A stretch of DNA of 64,000 bases from Patescibacteria group bacterium (lineage in GTDB: Bacteria > Patescibacteriota > Patescibacteriia > Patescibacteriales > XYC2-FULL-47-12). Positions within the stretch are counted from its first letter, which is position 1. Each line of letters opens with the position of its first letter. The notes beneath the pieces were generated by a model. The model was not told the origin of the DNA. It searched no databases and saw nothing but the letters and a program-made list of their open reading frames with translations. Location of the stretch: assembly GCA_041652935.1 (NCBI GenBank), contig JBAZGH010000001.1, positions 7,393 through 71,392 of the forward strand, in the 5' to 3' direction. Below, in pieces: positions 1 to 10,052 of the stretch. Position numbers and translations under genes: made by a program.

Positions 1-89
1 TCGTTTATTTCATACTTTTGCTTTAAAAGTACTGCCATTTCTTGTCCGATATAGGCAAAGCGTCGTTGAAGTAAAAAACAAATTTTCAT
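1..89 (-). CDS. N-terminal part of a gene running off the window edge (MKICFLLQRRFAYIGQEMAVLLKQKYEIN...), product unknown, possibly glycan-related
   Basis: Open frame from ATG at 89 to the window edge, with a plausible promoter upstream (128-156). Not in the ORF track because it is truncated. Confidence 0.6.
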   Translation of the reverse strand, partial: MKICFLLQRRFAYIGQEMAVLLKQKYEIN

Positions 90-127
90 ATTATTCATTA
101 AGTGTTCAAATTTATATAATTATTGTT

Positions 128-156
128 AATTTATCATTAATTATGAGGAAGGTCAA
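128..156 (-). promoter_or_regulatory. sigma70-like promoter for the leftward gene
   Basis: Minus strand TTGACC-17 bp-TAAATT with TGn extension. Confidence 0.55.
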
Positions 157-182
157 GGAAAATAGGGCATTTTAGGGAATTA

Positions 183-221
183 TTGATACTCATTGACACC
201 TTTTGATACTTCTGTTAAAAT
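183..221 (+). promoter_or_regulatory. sigma70 promoter overlapped by three 10-bp-phased direct repeats (putative operator)
   Basis: TTGACA 193-198, 17 bp spacer, TGn-TAAAAT 216-221, ATG 6 nt later. Repeats TTGATACT/TTGACACC/TTGATACT start at 183, 193 and 203. Confidence 0.8.
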
Positions 222-227
222 ATTAAC

Positions 228-476
228 ATGAATACAGAAATAAAACCAGACAATGTTTATACTACAGCCGAAACTCAAAAACTATTGAAAATAAGCAATA
301 GTACTATTAAACGCATGCTAAAAAAGGGGTTAATAAGAGCTAATAAAGTCGGCGGACAATATCGTATTTTAGGTAAAGAAATTTTGCGTCTACTTTCTCC
401 TGAAGTTGAAAAACAAGCAGTTAGATCTTATTTAAGATTAAAAGATAGGGTTGTGAATAAAATTAATAAATGGTAA
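228..476 (+). CDS. excisionase/MerR-like (HTH_17, BldC-like) DNA-binding protein
   Basis: YTTAETQKLLKISNSTIKRMLKKGLIRANKVGGQYRI pattern. Confidence 0.85.
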   Translation: MNTEIKPDNVYTTAETQKLLKISNSTIKRMLKKGLIRANKVGGQYRILGKEILRLLSPEVEKQAVRSYLRLKDRVVNKINKW

Positions 477-492
477 TAATTAAAAAATTAGT

Positions 493-1506
493 ATGTTTAA
501 GAAAAATTCAACTTTCATAATTGCCGAGGTCGGAATTAATCATAATGGCAATTTAAAAATTGCTAAAAAATTAATAACTGCTGCTAAAAAATGCGGCGCA
601 GACGCAGTAAAGTTTCAAAGCTTTAAAACCGAAGAATTAATCATAAAAGAATCAAAAAAAGCTGAGCACGTTAAAGGCAAGCAAAGTTTTTTTGAAATGA
701 TAAAAAGCTGGGAGCTTTCTGATAGTGATTATATAAAGTTGGCTGATTTTGCAAAAAAAGAAGGAATTATCTTTTTTGCTTCAATTTTTGGTAAACAATC
801 TTTAAATATAATGGAAAAAATTAAAGCGCCGCTTTATAAAATAGCATCTTGTGATTTAAATAATCATTATTTGTTAAAAAAAGTTGCTAAAACAAAAAAG
901 CCCATTATTATTTCAGTCGGCATGGGTGATATCAATGAAATAAACCAAGCAGTTAAGATTTTAGAAAAAAATAATAATGAATTAGGAATTTTGCATTGTG
1001 TTTCACTTTATCCGCCACAAGCGCAAGAATTGAATTTACAGCGTATCGCTTTATTAAAGAAAAAATTCCCCAAGCACATAGTTGGTTATTCTGACCATAC
1101 TTTAGATATTTTTACTCCAGCATCAACCATTCTCTTGGGAGCGGAAATCATTGAAAAGCATTTTACACTTGATAAGAATATGCCAGGTCCCGATCAGCCC
1201 AGTTCAGCCAATCCGGCAGAATTTAAGAAAATGGTTGAAGAAATCAGATTTTTAGAAAAGGCAATCAATCATCAGGAAAAAAAGATTACCCCATCAGCCC
1301 GAGAAAAAAAGATGAGTAAGGTTTTTAGGCGCAGTTTGGTTGCTGAAATTAATATTCCCAAAAATACAGTTATTACCGAGGCTATGTTGGGCGTTAAACG
1401 GCCGGGAACAGGCATTCCTTCTTCAGTGATGGATAAAGTAATAGGTAAAAAAGCAAAAATTAATTTAATAAAAAATGCGATGATAAAATACTCTAATTTA
1501 AAGTGA
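493..1506 (+). CDS. neuB: N-acetylneuraminate synthase family (NeuB/LegI-like) with C-terminal SAF domain
   Basis: IIAEVGINHNG, ADAVKFQ, GYSDHT, IEKHFT, RRSL..KRPGTG motifs. Confidence 0.9.
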   Translation: MFKKNSTFIIAEVGINHNGNLKIAKKLITAAKKCGADAVKFQSFKTEELIIKESKKAEHVKGKQSFFEMIKSWELSDSDYIKLADFAKKEGIIFFASIFGKQSLNIMEKIKAPLYKIASCDLNNHYLLKKVAKTKKPIIISVGMGDINEINQAVKILEKNNNELGILHCVSLYPPQAQELNLQRIALLKKKFPKHIVGYSDHTLDIFTPASTILLGAEIIEKHFTLDKNMPGPDQPSSANPAEFKKMVEEIRFLEKAINHQEKKITPSAREKKMSKVFRRSLVAEINIPKNTVITEAMLGVKRPGTGIPSSVMDKVIGKKAKINLIKNAMIKYSNLK

Positions 1507-2480
1507 TGAAGAAGATAAATATTTTAGGTAAAATAAATAAAGATAATTATCAGGAATTCAACGATTCTGACTTTTTAGGTTATGAAGTTTATTTAAAATC
1601 TCAGGATGATTTTGAGCATTTACCGAAGATGACGCAACGATTAAATATTATATCAGTTCATCAGCCCAGCCGAAATTTTAATCTATGTTCAAATGATGAA
1701 GTTGGGAAAGAATCTTTTAATACAGTATTAAAAATGTTGGAATCACTTAACGCTGGCGGTTATCGAAAAATTGTAGTAGTTCATGGCGCTTTTTTCGATG
1801 AAGATGCTTCCAGTAAGCCAGATCATTTAAAAATTTTAGCAGAAAGAATAGATGAATTAGCGCAATTGTTTCCCAAGATTAAAATTACCCTAGAAAATGA
1901 TGTTTGGTTTTTTAATCAAAGTAAAAACAAGCGGGCATTATTAGTTGAAGCAGATGATTTTTTAGAATTAAAAAAATATTTAAAAACCAATCTTTATATT
2001 ACTTTAGATTTTGAACATATTTGGATATCGTCTGTCTTCAAAAATTTTATTGATAATAGCCCGCAATTTTATTTTGAAATTAAAAATTTAGCAGATTTAG
2101 ACAAACCAGAAGCAGCGGCTGTTAAAAAAGTATGGCTGGAATATTTGCAGAAAAATAAAAATAAAATGGATGATATGGCTTTAAAATTTTTAAAAGAATA
2201 TGAAAAATTAAAATCATCAATAATTAATTTTCATCTAAACGGTTCTAATATGCTTAAATATTGGTTTGATTCAAAAACATTTATTCCGCTTATAGGCGAG
2301 CATCTATGCATTAAAGATGTTGATGATATTTTAAATCACCAGCTTATTAAAAATAATATTAAAAATTTAACAGAACAAAGTGAAGCTAATTTAGTTTTAG
2401 AGATATGGCCTAGAAATACTAAACAATATGTTGTTGAATTAAAAAAATCAGGCCAGATAGCTAAAAAAATATATGCTTAA
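1506..2480 (+). CDS. xylose-isomerase/AP-endonuclease-2-like TIM-barrel protein, function unknown
   Basis: SVHQP, VVHG, LEND, LDFEH, FHL, EH and LEI metal-ligand pattern. Start overlaps the neuB stop. Confidence 0.65.
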   Translation: MKKINILGKINKDNYQEFNDSDFLGYEVYLKSQDDFEHLPKMTQRLNIISVHQPSRNFNLCSNDEVGKESFNTVLKMLESLNAGGYRKIVVVHGAFFDEDASSKPDHLKILAERIDELAQLFPKIKITLENDVWFFNQSKNKRALLVEADDFLELKKYLKTNLYITLDFEHIWISSVFKNFIDNSPQFYFEIKNLADLDKPEAAAVKKVWLEYLQKNKNKMDDMALKFLKEYEKLKSSIINFHLNGSNMLKYWFDSKTFIPLIGEHLCIKDVDDILNHQLIKNNIKNLTEQSEANLVLEIWPRNTKQYVVELKKSGQIAKKIYA

Positions 2481-3114
2481 AAATAAAAAAAATATTATTA
2501 TTATCGGCGCGGGTGAAAATGGGGAAGTAGCTTTAAATTGTTTGCTGCAGTACAAAAAAGAATGGAAATTCATTGGTTTTTTAGATGATACTTTTAGCAA
2601 GAATAAAGAGCAAAAAATAATTGGAAAAGTAAATGATTATAAAAAGTATAAAAATAGTTATTTTTATATTGCAATCGGCGATAATTCGGCTCGCCGAAAG
2701 GTATTTGAAAGTTTAAAAAAAGCCAATTGTTTTTTTATTAATTTAATTCATCCCAAAGCTTTTATTGAAAAAAATGTTTGTTTGGGAGAAAGCGTTTTCG
2801 TAGGAGCAAACGTTTATGTTAATATTAAGTGCGCTATTGGCGATAATACTATTATAAACAACGGTTGTATTATTGAACATCATAATACCATCGGGCAACA
2901 TTGCCATTTAGCGCCCGGCGTAATTACCGGCGGAGGCGTGAAAATTAATAATAATGTTTTTATCGGACTAAACAGCGTAATTAGAGACCATGTTGAAATT
3001 AAAAATAATGTTTCTATTGGAATGGGATCTGTGATTACAAAAGACATTTCTTCAGGATTATTAGTTCATAATAATTTACGAATAAAAAGTAAAAAATATG
3101 GGCAAGGAAATTAA
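2473..3114 (+). CDS. NeuD/PglD-family sugar acetyltransferase
   Basis: IIGAG, GFLDD, AIGDN..R, IHP and hexapeptide repeats. Confidence 0.9.
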   Translation: MLKNKKNIIIIGAGENGEVALNCLLQYKKEWKFIGFLDDTFSKNKEQKIIGKVNDYKKYKNSYFYIAIGDNSARRKVFESLKKANCFFINLIHPKAFIEKNVCLGESVFVGANVYVNIKCAIGDNTIINNGCIIEHHNTIGQHCHLAPGVITGGGVKINNNVFIGLNSVIRDHVEIKNNVSIGMGSVITKDISSGLLVHNNLRIKSKKYGQGN

Positions 3115-3799
3115 AAAAGCAAAAAATATTTGTTTAATCCCGGCTCGAGGGGGGTCTAAAAGAATTCCTAAAAAAAATATTATTGATTTTTGCGGCAAGC
3201 CTTTAATAGCGCGCACAATTGAGGTTGCCATAAAATCAAAATTATTTAAAGAAATATATATTAGTTCTGATTCGGAAGAAATTTTAAAAATAGCTAGTCG
3301 TTATAAAGTCAAACAAATAAGACGACCAGTCAAACTCGCCAGCAGTAGTGCATTATTGGAAAATGTCACCCTGCATTTATTAAATAATATTTCGGATAAT
3401 TTTGATTATTTATGTCTGTTGATGCCCAATTGCCCCCTGCGCCTTTCGGAAGATATAAAAAAATCATATAAAAAATTAATAAAATCAAAAGCGAATTGTT
3501 TAATGAGCGTGGTTGATTATCATTGGTTAAATCCTTTCTGGGTCATGCAGGAAAAAAATAATCATCTAAAAATGCTTTTTGGCAATAAATATTTTGTTAA
3601 TAATTTTCAAAAATTGCCGCAAGATGTTTATTGCCCGACCGGCGTAGTACGCTGGGTCAAAATTAATAATTTTTTAAAAGAAAAAAAATATTATGGAAAA
3701 GATTTAATAAAATATGAAGTGCCTTTTGAAAGAGGGGTTGACATTGATACTTATCAGGATTTAGAGCTAGCTAAGAAGTTTTATAAAATATTAAAATAA
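3098..3799 (+). CDS. neuA: acylneuraminate cytidylyltransferase (NeuA/LegF/PseF family)
   Basis: IPARGGSKRIPKKN, CPLR, DIDT..D. Confidence 0.9.
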   Translation: MGKEIKKAKNICLIPARGGSKRIPKKNIIDFCGKPLIARTIEVAIKSKLFKEIYISSDSEEILKIASRYKVKQIRRPVKLASSSALLENVTLHLLNNISDNFDYLCLLMPNCPLRLSEDIKKSYKKLIKSKANCLMSVVDYHWLNPFWVMQEKNNHLKMLFGNKYFVNNFQKLPQDVYCPTGVVRWVKINNFLKEKKYYGKDLIKYEVPFERGVDIDTYQDLELAKKFYKILK

Positions 3800-3817
3800 T
3801 CCATTTAATTAAGAAGT

Positions 3818-4600
3818 ATGCCAAAAAAAATTAATGACGATAATTGGAAAATATGGGATGAATTTAATGTTTACGGTGATATTCTATATAAAAGAGCGAT
3901 TGGCAAAATAGAAGAGATGCAGTCAGCTAAAAGTATCTGTAAATTATTGCCGTCGTTTTATAAAAAGGGGATGAGTCTTTTGGATGTAGGGTGTGGAGCC
4001 GGGCATTATTTGCGGAGTTTGCAGTTAAGATTAGATAAAAATATAAAATATACGGGTGTTGACGCTACCAAGAATTATATTAAGTTGGCCAAAAAAGCAT
4101 TTGGTTCAAAAGCGAATTTTTTAACAGGCGACATTTTCAATTTGCCATTTAATGATAAAGCTTTTGATATTGTAATGTGTAATAATGTTATATTGCATTT
4201 ACCGCCGCCGCCGACAAAAGCAATTTCAGAATTAATTCGAGTAGCTAAAAAATATATAGTTATTCGTACTGTTATTGGTGAAAGAAATTATATAATTAAA
4301 GAGGTCAGAAATTTTAATGAAGGGGCAAAGCTTAAAGTTAAAGATGAAGATTTAATCGGCAAAAATGGATATCCGCTTTCTTATAATTTTTTTAATATGT
4401 ATACCACTGAATATTTAAAAGGTATCATTAATAGAATCGACAAAAATTTAGAGGTTAAGATTGTTTCTGATAATGAGTGGAAATCATTTAATAACAGAAA
4501 GATAGCCGGCGCTTTAGCTACTAAAGTTATTGACGGCAGGCAAGTTTCCGGAAATTTAATGCTTGACTGGAGATATATAATTGTAAAGAAAAAAATATAA
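3818..4600 (+). CDS. class I SAM-dependent methyltransferase
   Basis: LLDVGCGAG, GVD, LPF...FDIV. Confidence 0.85.
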   Translation: MPKKINDDNWKIWDEFNVYGDILYKRAIGKIEEMQSAKSICKLLPSFYKKGMSLLDVGCGAGHYLRSLQLRLDKNIKYTGVDATKNYIKLAKKAFGSKANFLTGDIFNLPFNDKAFDIVMCNNVILHLPPPPTKAISELIRVAKKYIVIRTVIGERNYIIKEVRNFNEGAKLKVKDEDLIGKNGYPLSYNFFNMYTTEYLKGIINRIDKNLEVKIVSDNEWKSFNNRKIAGALATKVIDGRQVSGNLMLDWRYIIVKKKI

Positions 4601-4616
4601 AATTTATTTATCGTTT

Positions 4617-5747
4617 ATGAAGTTAAAAGAGTATCCCATAGCCAGACCGTTTATTGGCAAGAAAGAGGAGGGGTATGTTTTGGAAGTTTTACGCTCCGGT
4701 GTTTTAAGCATGGGAAAAAAGATTGAAGAATTTGAAAAATTATTTGCCAAGCATATTAGAACTAAATATGCCTGCGCGGTATCCAGTGGAACTGCTGGTC
4801 TTCATCTAATTATGATTGCAACGGATATTAAATCCGGAGATGAAGTAATTACCACTCCTTTTTCCTTTATAGCTTCAGCCAATTCTATTTTGTACGTTGG
4901 CGCTAAGCCGGTGTTTGTTGATATTAATCCTAATACATACAATATAGATGTTAATAAAATAGAAGAAAAAATTACCAAAAAAACTAAAGCTATTTTGGTG
5001 GTGCATATTTTTGGGCAAACAGCTGACATGAAGCCAATAAAAGCTATTGCCAAAAAATATAAGCTCAAAATTATTGAAGATGCCTGCGAGTCAATCAGCG
5101 CTTCTTATGATGGCCAACAGGCCGGAACCTTCGGCGAGTCAGCGGTATTTGCTTTTTATCCCAACAAGCAATTAACTACCGGAGAAGGCGGTATGATAGT
5201 TACAAATAAAAAGAAAATTTACGATTTATGCGTAAGCTTGCGCAACCAAGGGCGGGCAAAAAATATGCAATGGCTTGACCATGAATATTTAGGTTATAAT
5301 TATCGCATGGATGAAATGAGCGCGGCAGTAGGATTGGCTCAACTGGAAAAAATAAATTGGATGATTGCCGAACGTCGTAAAATCGCAAAATGGTATAATA
5401 AATATTTATCTTCTTATACTGATTTAGTACAGTTGCCGATAACCGCTAAGGGAAATAAACATAGCTGGTTCGTATATGTGATCAAATTAGTGCCAAAAAA
5501 TATTAATCGGAATAAAATTATAAATCAATTGAAACTTAAAAAAATTTATACTAAGCTCTATTTACCAGCAATTCATTTATTTGATTTTTATAGAAAGTTG
5601 CATGGTTATAAAAGGGGGGATTTTCCACAAACCGAAAAAGCCGCTGATGTATGCCTAGCCTTGCCTTTTTATATCGGCTTAAAGGAAAAAGATGTAAAAT
5701 ATATCGTTGATCAGTTATTAATCATTATAAAAAAATATGAAAAATAA
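4617..5747 (+). CDS. DegT/DnrJ/EryC1/StrS sugar aminotransferase
   Basis: SSGTAGLH, IEDAC, FYPNKQLTTGEGG, GYNYRM. Confidence 0.92.
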   Translation: MKLKEYPIARPFIGKKEEGYVLEVLRSGVLSMGKKIEEFEKLFAKHIRTKYACAVSSGTAGLHLIMIATDIKSGDEVITTPFSFIASANSILYVGAKPVFVDINPNTYNIDVNKIEEKITKKTKAILVVHIFGQTADMKPIKAIAKKYKLKIIEDACESISASYDGQQAGTFGESAVFAFYPNKQLTTGEGGMIVTNKKKIYDLCVSLRNQGRAKNMQWLDHEYLGYNYRMDEMSAAVGLAQLEKINWMIAERRKIAKWYNKYLSSYTDLVQLPITAKGNKHSWFVYVIKLVPKNINRNKIINQLKLKKIYTKLYLPAIHLFDFYRKLHGYKRGDFPQTEKAADVCLALPFYIGLKEKDVKYIVDQLLIIIKKYEK

Positions 5748-6789
5748 ATTATTAAATGAATTTAAAGGTAAGCGAATTTTAGTGACTGGTGGAACAGGCT
5801 CTATCGGATCAACAATTGTTAAAGAGCTTTTAAAGTACCGACCGCGCCAAATTCGTATTTTTAGTCGTGATGAAACCAAGCAATTTGAATTAATGCATCA
5901 AATTAGTTCCTCAGTCCCAGTTAATTTTTTAATTGGTGATGTGCGGGATAAAGACCGTTTAAGCATGGCGATGGAAAATATTGATATTGTTTTTCACGCG
6001 GCAGCGCTTAAGCACGTAACGGCTTGCGAAAGAAATCCCTTCGAAGCGATGAAAACTAATGTTCAAGGGACGCAGAATATGATTGATTGCGCCTTTGCCA
6101 ATAAGGTTGATAAAGTGATCGTGATTTCCACTGATAAAGCAACCGACCCGGCTAATGTGATGGGGTGCACCAAACTTTTAGCTGAAAAAATGGTTTTAGC
6201 CAGCTTCTTTTATAAAGGGAACAAAAATACTAAAATTTGCTGTGTTCGGTTCGGCAATGTTTTAGGTTCTCGTGGTTCAGTAGTCCCTTTATTTATTAAT
6301 CAAATAAAACGTAATCAGCCAGTTACCATTACTGACCCCAACATGACCAGATTTTTCATGTCTATTGAACAAGCGGTTCAATTGGTATTTAAATCCGCTG
6401 TTATGACAAAAAATTGTGAAATTTTTGTATTAAAAATGCCGGTAATAGCCATTAAAGATCTAGCTAAAGCTGTTATTGAAATTTTTCAAGAAAAAAATAA
6501 AATTAAGTTAAATATCCCCATTAAAATTATTGGAAAAAGGGGAGGTGAACGGATTTACGAAAAGCTTTTAACCGCAGAGGAATCGTTGGGAGCGCTAGAG
6601 ACAGATGAGATGTTTATCGCTCTCCCAAGTTTAATAGATCCAAAACCGGGATATGAATTTTTAAAAGACAATTATTATCCTGGCGCCAAGAAAGCCAAAA
6701 TAGGGGAATACTTATCAAAAGATATTAAAAAAATGCCAATTAAAAAAATTAAGGAATTATTATTATCTAATAAAGATTTAGATTTTTAA
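5737..6789 (+). CDS. Polysacc_synt_2 NDP-sugar 4,6-dehydratase (CapD/PglF/FnlA-like, MxxxK type)
   Basis: TGGTGSIG, HAAALKHV, STDKA, MGCTK, RFGNVLGSRGSV. Confidence 0.9.
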   Translation: MKNKLLNEFKGKRILVTGGTGSIGSTIVKELLKYRPRQIRIFSRDETKQFELMHQISSSVPVNFLIGDVRDKDRLSMAMENIDIVFHAAALKHVTACERNPFEAMKTNVQGTQNMIDCAFANKVDKVIVISTDKATDPANVMGCTKLLAEKMVLASFFYKGNKNTKICCVRFGNVLGSRGSVVPLFINQIKRNQPVTITDPNMTRFFMSIEQAVQLVFKSAVMTKNCEIFVLKMPVIAIKDLAKAVIEIFQEKNKIKLNIPIKIIGKRGGERIYEKLLTAEESLGALETDEMFIALPSLIDPKPGYEFLKDNYYPGAKKAKIGEYLSKDIKKMPIKKIKELLLSNKDLDF

Positions 6790-6805
6790 AATATTAAAAA
6801 TTACT

Positions 6806-8599
6806 ATGTTTAGTATGTTCAAAAAATTATTTAATGCAGCCAAAATTTTTAAGCGCGCTTTCGGCCAACATAAGAAAGTTTTAGTGCTATTATTTTTCTT
6901 AAGTTTTTTAAACAGTATTTTAGAAGGAGTCGGAATTAGCGCCTTAATACCTTTCTTTTCTTTTATTGGGCATAATCAGTTTGGCAACACTGATTTAATT
7001 TCGCGATCAATAGAGAATTTTTTTATTTATTTACATATCCCATTTACTCTAAAATTTTTATTAATTTTTGTCTTATCCCTCTTTATATTGAAAGCAATTG
7101 TATTATTTTTTACTAATTTTATAGCTGCTTTAGTTACTACTAGTTATGAAAAAAATTTACGCAGCAATTTATTTAAGCTGACCCTATATGATTCATGGCC
7201 GCATTTAATCAAACAAAAAGTCGGGCATTTGGATCAATTGCTAGTTACTGACATAAACTGCAGCTCTAGTTTAATTTCCAGTATAGTTACCGGAGCGTTG
7301 ATGTTTACTAAATTAGTCGTCTATGTTTTAGTGGCTATAAATTTATCAATACCAATAACGCTTTTTGCTTTAATTTTAGGTCTGCTCACTTTTTTTATTT
7401 TTAAGCCGTTTTTTTATAAAAATCAAATTATGTCGCGTCGGGCATCTAATATGTATAAAGATTTAGCCCATTTTGTGAATGAGAATATAATTGGCATGAA
7501 AACCGTTAAATCAATGTTTGTGGAAAAATCAGTTATTGAGCGAGGGAAAAAATATTTTGAAGAACTTAGAAGTGTTAATCTTAAAGTAGCCGTCAGTCGG
7601 CATATTACCCACGCCTTAATGCAGCCGATTGGTTTTATTTTTATTATAGCGATATTCTCTTTTTCCTATAAAACTAATATTTTTAATTTTGCTTCTTTCG
7701 TTGTTATAGTATATGCTATTAATCAGATTTTTACTCAAATCCAGTCCGGTCAGGCGCATTTACATGGCATGATTTCATCAGCTCCATATCTAATGAATAT
7801 AATAAACTATCAAGAAATTGCTCGACAAAATATTGAAGAAGACAAAGGGAATAAAAAGTTTGTTTTTAATAATAATTTAGAACTCGCAGATGTTAATTTT
7901 AGTTACAATTCCAACCAAGAGACCTTAAGACATATAAATTTATTAATCAAAAAAGGAGATATGATTGGTTTAGTCGGCCATTCGGGTGCTGGCAAAACAA
8001 CAATGGTTGACTTGCTGTTGAGACTTTTTCAACCTGATAGTGGAAATATTTTGTTAGATGGAAGTAATATTAATGATTTTAGCTTAAGAGAATGGCGAAC
8101 AAATGTCGGCTATGTGTCTCAAGATATTTTTTTATTAAATGATACGATTGAAAATAATATTAAATTTTATAACAATAGTTTAACTAAAAAAGAAGTAGAA
8201 AAATTTGCTAAAATTGCTAATATTTTTGATTTTGTTTCAAGTTTGCCAGATAAATTTTCGGCAGTTATTGGTGAAAGAGGAATATTGTTGTCCGGAGGGC
8301 AAAGACAGCGCATTATTTTAGCTAGAATTCTAGCGAAAAATCCTAAAATTTTAATTTTAGATGAAGCAACCAGCGCTTTAGATAATGAATCAGAAATTCA
8401 GATTCAGAAAGCGATAGAAAATTTAAAGGGAAAAATTACAGTTTTAGCCATTGCTCATAGATTGACAACAGTTAAAAATTGCGATCGAATTATTGTTTTA
8501 AAAGATGGAGAAATAATTGAAAATGGAGAGCCGAAAGAATTACTCAATAACAAAAATTCTGCTTTTTATGAGATGTATAATATAAAAAATAATAGTTGA
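6806..8599 (+). CDS. ABC transporter, fused permease/ATPase (PglK/MsbA-like glycan flippase)
   Basis: N-terminal TM helices, GHSGAGKT, LSGGQRQR, LDEATSALD. Flippase role inferred from context. Confidence 0.88.
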   Translation: MFSMFKKLFNAAKIFKRAFGQHKKVLVLLFFLSFLNSILEGVGISALIPFFSFIGHNQFGNTDLISRSIENFFIYLHIPFTLKFLLIFVLSLFILKAIVLFFTNFIAALVTTSYEKNLRSNLFKLTLYDSWPHLIKQKVGHLDQLLVTDINCSSSLISSIVTGALMFTKLVVYVLVAINLSIPITLFALILGLLTFFIFKPFFYKNQIMSRRASNMYKDLAHFVNENIIGMKTVKSMFVEKSVIERGKKYFEELRSVNLKVAVSRHITHALMQPIGFIFIIAIFSFSYKTNIFNFASFVVIVYAINQIFTQIQSGQAHLHGMISSAPYLMNIINYQEIARQNIEEDKGNKKFVFNNNLELADVNFSYNSNQETLRHINLLIKKGDMIGLVGHSGAGKTTMVDLLLRLFQPDSGNILLDGSNINDFSLREWRTNVGYVSQDIFLLNDTIENNIKFYNNSLTKKEVEKFAKIANIFDFVSSLPDKFSAVIGERGILLSGGQRQRIILARILAKNPKILILDEATSALDNESEIQIQKAIENLKGKITVLAIAHRLTTVKNCDRIIVLKDGEIIENGEPKELLNNKNSAFYEMYNIKNNS

Positions 8600-8604
8600 T
8601 TTAT

Positions 8605-10044
8605 ATGAAGATATTTGTAATTTGGCCATTTAAAGAATCGGAAATATCCATTTTATTTTCAGAACTAGAAAAAAATGGTCATGAAGTTGTGTATTGGGTG
8701 GGTCTTAAAGAGGGCGAGAAATATAAACCTACCGGAGCTGTTTTTCATGATCATAATGACGCCTGGGTTGGATTGCCGTCCAAAGAAGTGGATGCTTCTT
8801 CTTTTGTGCCGCCGGACGAGGAATTATTAAAAAAGCTTCATAAGACTGAGTCGTATCTTTTAACTATGATGAATAAGCGATATTATTATATGTCAGTAGA
8901 TGAACGTAAACATTTTTATTATAATATGTTGCAGTACTGGAAAGGTGTAATTGACAAATACAAACCTGATTTAATTATTTTTCCAACCATACCCCATACT
9001 GTCTATAATTATTTAATTTATGAATTAGCCATACTGTTTAATATTAAGACAGTCATGTTTGAGGATATCCAGGTAGGAGAAAGAATATTATTATATAATA
9101 TTTGGGAAGAGGGTTGTTTGGATTTGAAAAAAAAATTAATTATGAATAAAGATAAAATATTTTTATTAACAGATTTAAGTAGTGATTTACAAGAATATTT
9201 TAATTTACAGACTAAAGACGGAAGAGGCGATGCCACTCCTCCTTATATGTCGCATTATAAAAAGGTTTATACCGGCGTTAATTTTTTTAGGCATAAATTC
9301 AAGATTATTATTAATGCCATTAAAAATGGATCAATTTTAAAAAGAGTTTTAGATTTTATAGTCAAAATTAAAAAAAATCCACAAAAAGAATACAATAAAT
9401 TACAAATAAAGCCTGACTACAGCAAGAGCTTTGTTTATATTGCTCTTTGTTATCAACCTGAGCGCACTACTAGTCCACAAGGAGGAGTATTTGTGGATCA
9501 AATACTAATGATAGAAACACTATCTGCTGCGTTACCAGAGGGTTGGGTATTATATGTAAAAGAACATCCATCGCAAATGTGGCTTAATGGCTTGAACTAT
9601 TCTAGTTGTCGCTATGAAGGATATTACAAGAGGATTGCGCAGTTAAAAAATACTCATATTATTCCTGTGGAAACTAATTCATTTGAATTAATAAAAAAAT
9701 CTCAAGCAGTAGCGACAGTTACTGGGACAGTTGGCTGGGAAGCGGCTCTTCGGATGAAGCCAGCAATTATTTTCGGTTATGCGTGGTACCATGATTGTCC
9801 GGGAATATTTAGAGTTAATAGCGCCCAGACTTGCCGCCAAGTTTTTTCGGATATAACTAATGGATTTTCTATTAGAAAGCAAGATATTATAAATTACCTT
9901 AAGAGCATAGATAATGTTGCGGTCAATAGCCAAATAGATAGAATTTCAGGTTCGATATTACGGCCATCAAAATTATCGAATTCAGAAATGATGACTAATA
10001 TTACAAAAGCAATTATTAAAAATATAAAAAAAATTATTAATTAA
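8605..10044 (+). CDS. capsule polysaccharide biosynthesis-type (KpsS/Capsule_synth-like) glycosyltransferase
   Basis: YQPE, VKEHP, TVTGTVGWEA..KP motifs. ATG at 8605 preferred over TTG at 8596. Confidence 0.7.
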   Translation: MKIFVIWPFKESEISILFSELEKNGHEVVYWVGLKEGEKYKPTGAVFHDHNDAWVGLPSKEVDASSFVPPDEELLKKLHKTESYLLTMMNKRYYYMSVDERKHFYYNMLQYWKGVIDKYKPDLIIFPTIPHTVYNYLIYELAILFNIKTVMFEDIQVGERILLYNIWEEGCLDLKKKLIMNKDKIFLLTDLSSDLQEYFNLQTKDGRGDATPPYMSHYKKVYTGVNFFRHKFKIIINAIKNGSILKRVLDFIVKIKKNPQKEYNKLQIKPDYSKSFVYIALCYQPERTTSPQGGVFVDQILMIETLSAALPEGWVLYVKEHPSQMWLNGLNYSSCRYEGYYKRIAQLKNTHIIPVETNSFELIKKSQAVATVTGTVGWEAALRMKPAIIFGYAWYHDCPGIFRVNSAQTCRQVFSDITNGFSIRKQDIINYLKSIDNVAVNSQIDRISGSILRPSKLSNSEMMTNITKAIIKNIKKIIN

Positions 10045-10052
10045 AATTTTAT

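Noticed and set aside
228-476. HTH gene as a prophage/ICE excisionase
   Set aside because: No integrase, phage or conjugation genes in the window, and it is positioned as the first gene of the glycan operon.
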